Below, piece after piece: positions 59,164-64,000 of a stretch of DNA of 64,000 bases. The stretch is from Hydrogenophaga intermedia. Its GTDB lineage: Bacteria; Pseudomonadota; Gammaproteobacteria; Burkholderiales; Burkholderiaceae_C. A program made the position numbers and the translations under genes. A model generated the notes under the pieces. It did no database searches and had not been told where the DNA came from. It worked only from the letters and a program-made list of their open reading frames with translations. Each line of letters begins with the position of its first letter. The first letter of the stretch is position 1. The DNA lies in the NCBI GenBank assembly GCA_943372305.1, contig CALRYD010000017.1:11321-75320 (forward strand), written 5' to 3'.

Positions 59164-60150
59164 GTGTCGCCAGCCCTGGGCCAGGGGAGCCGTCAAGGAG
59201 GGGCAGCCCTGCTCCTCGCCATGCTCACCGTCACCCTCGTGGCCACTCTGGCCTCGGCCGCGCTGTGGCAGCAGTGGCGTGCCACCCAGGTGGAAACGGC
59301 CGAGCGCCAGCGGGTGCAGGCGGGCTGGATCCTGACCGGGGCGCTGGACTGGGCCCGACTGATCCTGCGCGAAGACGCGCGCAGCAACCAGAACAGCGGC
59401 AACCCCGACCACCTGGGCGAGCCCTGGGCAATGCCGCTGGAAGAAGCGCGCCTGTCCAGCTTCCTGGCCGCCGATCGCGACAACAGCGCCGACATGGAGC
59501 TGCCCGCCTTCCTCTCGGGGGAGGTGCGCGATCAGCAGTCGCGGCTGAACTTCCTGAACCTCGTCAGCGTGAGCGGCGCCGGGGCGCAGACCAAGGCTGA
59601 ACTGTCGGTGGCCGATTTGCAGGCCTTCACCAAGCTCTACCAACTGCTGGACCTGCCCGCCGCCGAGCTGGACGCCGCTGCCCAGGCGCTGGTGCGCACC
59701 TCGCAACTCGCGGCCAGCGACCCGCAGCCCTCGCACACCGCGCTCATCCCGTCCAAGCTGGCCCACCTGGCCTGGCTGGGTATCGGCCGCGCCAGCCTGG
59801 TGGCGCTCGAACCGCACGTGACGCTGTTGCCCGAGCGCACACCGGTCAACCTCAACACCGCCAGCGCCCAGGTGCTGGCGGCCAGCGTGACCGACCTCAG
59901 CCTGGCCGACGCCCAGCAGCTGGTGACCGAGCGCGAGCGCGATCCCTGGCGCCAGATCGCCGACGCGGCGCGCACCAAGCCGGGCATCGCCAGCCAGCTC
60001 AAAGCCGATCGCCACGATGTGCGCAGCCGCTACTTTGAAGTGCGCGGCCGTCTGCGACTGGACGACACCGTGATCGAAGAGCGCTCGCTGGTGGTGCGCA
60101 ACAACCTGCAGGTGCGCGTGCTCTGGCGCGAACGCATCACCACCCGCTGA
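59164..60150 (+). CDS. gspK: type II secretion minor pseudopilin GspK
   Basis: GTG at 59164 gives ..GQGSRQGGAALLLAMLTVTLVATLA.. (328 aa, typical GspK length). An alternative ATG at 59056 would translate through the REP element. Confidence 0.8.
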   Translation: MSPALGQGSRQGGAALLLAMLTVTLVATLASAALWQQWRATQVETAERQRVQAGWILTGALDWARLILREDARSNQNSGNPDHLGEPWAMPLEEARLSSFLAADRDNSADMELPAFLSGEVRDQQSRLNFLNLVSVSGAGAQTKAELSVADLQAFTKLYQLLDLPAAELDAAAQALVRTSQLAASDPQPSHTALIPSKLAHLAWLGIGRASLVALEPHVTLLPERTPVNLNTASAQVLAASVTDLSLADAQQLVTERERDPWRQIADAARTKPGIASQLKADRHDVRSRYFEVRGRLRLDDTVIEERSLVVRNNLQVRVLWRERITTR

Positions 60151-60212
60151 TGACCGCCCACCGCACGCTGGACGCTCTCTAGAATGGTCACCAACCCACC
60201 TCGCTCCCACCC

Positions 60213-61391
60213 GTGCTGATCCTCACCCCCTCCGACTTCTCGCTCGCCCCCGCCGATGGCCCCTCGGCCCAGCTGTCGTGGGTGCGCTCCGGTGACGGCC
60301 GGCAGGCGCTTGAACACGGCCGTTGCGCCGCCTCATTGCTGCCGGCCGAGACCGAAGTGGTGCTGGCACTGCCGGTGCGGGCCCTGTCCTGGCACCGCTT
60401 GGCCGTGCCCAAGGTGGCCACCTCGCGCTTGCGGGCGGTGCTTGACGGCCTGCTCGAAGAGCGCCTGCTCAGCGACACCACCGAGCTGCACTTCGCCCTG
60501 GAGCCCGGCGCACGCACCGGCCAGAGCCTGTGGGTGGCGGCCTGCGACAAGGCCTGGCTGCGCAGCTGGCTGCAGGCGCTGGAGGCGGCCGCACGCCCGG
60601 TCTCGCGCATCGTGCCCATGCTTTGGCCCACGGCGCAAGCGGTGCACTGGGCACACGACAGCGGCGGCCACGCCTGGCTGGCCAGCGCCAGCGCCGAGGG
60701 TGTGCGATGCCTGCCGCTGGCCGCCAACAGCACCGACCGCATGGCCGCCGATGGCCCCGAAGCGCAATGGCTGGCCGACCCGGCCGTGGCCGCGCAAGCC
60801 GAACAGTCGCTGGACCGGCGCCTGGCGCCCGTGCCGCTGCACGACTGGCTGCTGCGCGTGGCCCAGTCCGACTGGAACCTCGCGCAATTCGACCTCAGCC
60901 TCTCCAGCGGCGCGCGGCGCGGCCAGCGGCTGCGGCAGGGTTTGCGCCAGTTCCGCACCGCGCCCGCCTGGCGCCCGGCCCGCTGGGGCCTGGCCGCCCT
61001 GCTGGTGGCCCAGCTGCTGGGGCTGAACGCGGCCGCCTGGCACGAACGCAGCAGCCTGGACGCCAAGCGCCAGGCAGTACGCCAGACGCTGCAGCAAACC
61101 TTTCCAAACGTGACGCTGGTGCTCGACGCCCCGCTGCAAATGCAGCGCGAGCTGGCCCAGTTGCAGCAGGCCGGCGGCCAGCTCTCGGGCCGCGACCTCG
61201 AAGCCATGCTGTCCGCCCTGGGCAGCACCGGCCCGGGGACCGCCGCCCAGCGCCTGGTCTACAGCCCAGGCGAGCTGCGGCTGCAAGCGCCCGAAGACCA
61301 GTTGCGCGCCCTGGCCCAGGCGCTGGCGGGCGGCGCCTGGAACGCGCAAATCGACGGTCAGGCCCTTCGCCTGCGCCCCAACACCCCATGA
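60213..61391 (+). CDS. gspL: type II secretion system protein GspL
   Basis: 392 aa with a cytoplasmic actin-like domain, one TM segment (WGLAALLVAQLLGLNAAAW) and a periplasmic domain. The call also rests on its position between gspK and gspM. Confidence 0.85.
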   Translation: MLILTPSDFSLAPADGPSAQLSWVRSGDGRQALEHGRCAASLLPAETEVVLALPVRALSWHRLAVPKVATSRLRAVLDGLLEERLLSDTTELHFALEPGARTGQSLWVAACDKAWLRSWLQALEAAARPVSRIVPMLWPTAQAVHWAHDSGGHAWLASASAEGVRCLPLAANSTDRMAADGPEAQWLADPAVAAQAEQSLDRRLAPVPLHDWLLRVAQSDWNLAQFDLSLSSGARRGQRLRQGLRQFRTAPAWRPARWGLAALLVAQLLGLNAAAWHERSSLDAKRQAVRQTLQQTFPNVTLVLDAPLQMQRELAQLQQAGGQLSGRDLEAMLSALGSTGPGTAAQRLVYSPGELRLQAPEDQLRALAQALAGGAWNAQIDGQALRLRPNTP

Positions 61392-61921
61392 CCGACCGCA
61401 CCACCTCCCCCCTGCAGCGCCTGCGACAGACGGTACAGCCCGCCTGGGCACGGCTGGCGCCGCGCGAACGCCTGGCCGTGGGGGCTGCCGCCACCGTGGT
61501 GGGGCTGGCCTTGTTGTGGTGGCTGGGCGTGGCCCCGGCGCTGGCCACCTTGCGCCAGGCGCCCGCGAAACACCAGCAGCTGGACGCGCAGCTGACCCAG
61601 ATGCGCCAGATCGCGGCCACCGCCGACACCCTGCGCAGCCAGAACAAGGCCCAGGCCCTGTCGCCCGCCAGCGCCCGCGAAGCGCTGGAACAGGCCACCG
61701 CCACCGCGCTGGCCGGCACGGCACAGCTGTCGGTGCAAGGCGACCGCGCAACCATCACCCTGCGGGGCACACCGCCCGATGCGCTGGCGCAGTGGCTGGC
61801 GCAGGTGCGCATCAACGCCCGCGTGGTGCCGGTGCAGGCTGATCTGCAGCGCAGCAACGACCCGGCCGGCTGGACCGGTCAGCTGGTGCTGGCTGGTCCC
61901 GGTCTGGGAGCGGGCAACTGA
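61388..61921 (+). CDS. gspM: type II secretion system protein GspM
   Basis: 177 aa from the ATG at 61388 (overlapping the gspL stop) with a single TM segment (LAVGAAATVVGLALLWWL). Confidence 0.85.
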   Translation: MTDRTTSPLQRLRQTVQPAWARLAPRERLAVGAAATVVGLALLWWLGVAPALATLRQAPAKHQQLDAQLTQMRQIAATADTLRSQNKAQALSPASAREALEQATATALAGTAQLSVQGDRATITLRGTPPDALAQWLAQVRINARVVPVQADLQRSNDPAGWTGQLVLAGPGLGAGN

Positions 61922-62712
61922 TGCACACCGCCTGGCCCGCGCGCCTGGCCTGGCTGGGCGCCCTGTCGGGGCTGGCGCTGGCCTTGCTGCTGTTCGCGCC
62001 TGCGCGCTGGCTGGCCCAAGGCATCGGCGCGGCCAGCGAGGGGCGGCTGCAACTGGTCAACGCACGCGGCACGGTCTGGGACGGGCGGGCCGACCTGCTG
62101 CTGACGGGTGGCCAGGGCAGCCGCACCCTGACCGCACTGCCGCAAGGCCTGCGCTGGCAACTGCGCCCCGCCTGGGCGGATGCGCCAGCACTGGAGCTGC
62201 AACTGACCGCCCCCTGCTGCACGCCACAACCGCTGCGGCTGACCGCCCTGCCCGGCTGGCAAGGCGGGCGTCTGCAGGTCGCCGGCTTCCAGAGCCAATG
62301 GCCCACCGAAATGCTCACCGGCCTGGGCACCCCCTGGAACACGCTGCGCCTGGAAGGGCGACTGCAACTGCAGTCCCCCGGGCTGGACCTGCAATGGGCC
62401 GCGGGCCGCAGCCAGGTACAGGGTGCGCTGACCATCGAGGCGCTGGACATGGCCTCGCGCCTGTCCACCTTGCGACCGCTGGGCAGTTACCGGATCGCAC
62501 TGAGCGCCCCGGCGGGCAGCGACAGCGCCACCGTGGCACTTCAGACGCTGCGCGGTGAACTCCAGTTGCAGGGCGACGGTCAATGGGTGGGCGGACGGCT
62601 GCGCTTTCGTGGTGAAGCCATCGCCGCCCCGGGCCGCGAGACCGCGCTGGCCAACCTGCTCAACATCATCGGACGTCGCCAGGGCACGCGTTCGCTGCTG
62701 AACATCGGGTGA
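61921..62712 (+). CDS. gspN: type II secretion system protein GspN
   Basis: 263 aa with an N-terminal TM segment followed by ..LQLVNARGTVWDGRADLLL.., typical of the T2SS N family. Confidence 0.8.
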   Translation: MHTAWPARLAWLGALSGLALALLLFAPARWLAQGIGAASEGRLQLVNARGTVWDGRADLLLTGGQGSRTLTALPQGLRWQLRPAWADAPALELQLTAPCCTPQPLRLTALPGWQGGRLQVAGFQSQWPTEMLTGLGTPWNTLRLEGRLQLQSPGLDLQWAAGRSQVQGALTIEALDMASRLSTLRPLGSYRIALSAPAGSDSATVALQTLRGELQLQGDGQWVGGRLRFRGEAIAAPGRETALANLLNIIGRRQGTRSLLNIG

Positions 62713-62757
62713 CGTTTGCGACGCGGCGCACCACAGACTTCGCGATAGGATCAACTC

Positions 62758-64000
62758 ATGAAACCCAACCCCCTTCGTGTCGCGACGGCCCCGGCCGTGG
62801 CGACGCTCACGACCCTGGCCATGGCCTGTGCGTTGCTGGGTCTGCCGGCAGCCCATGCGCAAAGCCGCGGGCAGGAGCCGGTGGTGCTCAACTTCGTGGG
62901 CGCTGACATCGAAGCCGTGGCGCGCACGCTGTCCACCATCACCGGCCGCAACGTGGTGCTGGACCCGCGCGTCAAAGGCACGGTCAACCTGTCGACCGAC
63001 AAGCCGGTGTCGCCGGCCACCGCGCTCAACCAGTTCGCCGCCGCGCTGCGCCTGCAGGGCTTTGCGCTGGTGGACACGGGCGGGCTCTACAAAATCGTGC
63101 CCGAGGCCGACGCCAAGCTGCAGGGCACCACCGTCAACGCCGGGCCGGTGAGCAAACTGCCGGCGTCCAACCAGATCGTCACGCAGATCTTCCGCCTCAA
63201 CCACGAGAACGCGAACAACCTGGTGCCGGTGCTGCGGCCGCTGATCGGGCCCAACAACACCATCAACGTCAACCCTGGCAACAACTCGCTGGTCATCACC
63301 GACTACGCCGACAACCTTCAGCGCATTGGCCGCATCATCGCGGCGCTGGACGTGGCGGGCGCGACCGACGTGGAGATCATCCCGCTGCAGCACGCCATCG
63401 CCGCCGACCTGGTGCCGCTGGTGACCAAGCTCATCGAATCGGGCGGCACCGGCGGCGGTGCAGCGGCCGGTGCGAGCGACGCGTCCTTCAAGACCACGCT
63501 GGTGGCCGAGCCGCGCAGCAACAGCCTGGTGATGCGCGCGGCCAACCCGGCGCGGCTGGCGCTGGTGCGCGCCCTGGTGACCAAGCTGGACCAGCCCACC
63601 TCGCAGGCCGCGGCCGGTGATATCCACGTCGTCTACCTCAAGAACGCCGACGCGGTGGCCCTGGCCACCACGCTGCGCGCCGCCATGTCGGGCGGGGGCG
63701 GTTCGTCCGCCGGTACCCCGGTGCGCTCCGCCGCGGCGGGCGCTGCGGGCGGCAGCGCCGCCACAGCCCCGGTCTCATCGAGCGCGGCGCCGTCCACCGG
63801 CGGTCAGATCCAGGCCGATCCCGCCACCAACGCACTGATCATCACCGCGCCCGAGCCGCAGTACCGCCAGCTGCGCGCCGTGATCGACCAGCTCGACGCG
63901 CGGCGCGCGCAGGTTTATGTCGAAAGCCTGATCGCCGAGGTCAACGCCGACAAAGCGGCCGAGTTCGGCATCCAGTGGCAGGGGCCCATCGGCAAGGCCG
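62758..64000 (+). CDS. gspD: type II secretion secretin GspD (5' part; continues beyond window)
   Basis: Frame open from the ATG at 62758 to the window end. My translation reads MKPNPLRVATAP...VVLNFVGADIEAVARTLSTITGRNVVLDPRVKGTVNL...IVTQIFRLNHENANNLVPVLRPLI, i.e. secretin N0/N1 domains. Confidence 0.9.
   Translation, partial: MKPNPLRVATAPAVATLTTLAMACALLGLPAAHAQSRGQEPVVLNFVGADIEAVARTLSTITGRNVVLDPRVKGTVNLSTDKPVSPATALNQFAAALRLQGFALVDTGGLYKIVPEADAKLQGTTVNAGPVSKLPASNQIVTQIFRLNHENANNLVPVLRPLIGPNNTINVNPGNNSLVITDYADNLQRIGRIIAALDVAGATDVEIIPLQHAIAADLVPLVTKLIESGGTGGGAAAGASDASFKTTLVAEPRSNSLVMRAANPARLALVRALVTKLDQPTSQAAAGDIHVVYLKNADAVALATTLRAAMSGGGGSSAGTPVRSAAAGAAGGSAATAPVSSSAAPSTGGQIQADPATNALIITAPEPQYRQLRAVIDQLDARRAQVYVESLIAEVNADKAAEFGIQWQGPIGKA

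Overview
High-GC (hand-sampled about 65-75% G+C) chromosomal segment whose gene content resembles a betaproteobacterium of the Burkholderiales/Comamonadaceae type. Most of it is core genome. In order it holds pilM (partial), mrcA, cyaY, lptM and msrQP. Then come system II cytochrome c biogenesis genes (ccsB/resB), cytochrome c4, engB, two late lipid A acyltransferases, metK, a multi-PAS histidine kinase, and EVE, DUF962, Crp-family, Fic and DUF2277 genes. After the island (below) come a LexA-box-controlled imuA-imuB-dnaE2 mutagenesis cassette and a DUF422/MpaB-like fusion gene. Next is groESL, preceded by a CIRCE element and a sigma-32-like promoter, followed by tal, hexR/rpiR and a 7-gene Dpp/Opp-type ABC operon with an embedded M20 amidohydrolase and two binding proteins. 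The window ends with DUF3047, two tandem porins, coq7, osmC, ilvA, cobT and a type II secretion cluster (gspC / gspGHIJKLMN-D, gspD running off the end). Two regions look accessory. (1) About 20.2-25.3 kb is a visibly lower-GC island wedged between DUF2277 and the 3' end of dnaE2. It encodes a 393-aa Arch_ATPase-like AAA ATPase and a 1146-aa P-loop/wHTH protein with eight near-identical 43-aa TPR-like repeats. It is preceded by a nested perfect palindrome, and I see no mobility gene and no recognisable effector domain. This is my best candidate for an undescribed sensing or defence module. (2) About 47.4-49.3 kb is a ccdA/ccdB toxin-antitoxin pair bracketed by roughly 400-bp direct repeats, each carrying a ComEA-like gene, with the second copy frameshifted. 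A GC-rich REP-like element family (at least 6 copies, one expanded to a 3x87-bp tandem array) sits inside the dpp and gsp operons and creates spurious ORF extensions. gspH appears frameshifted at its 5' end. Many long ORFs in the supplied track are antisense or off-frame shadows typical of high-GC DNA.
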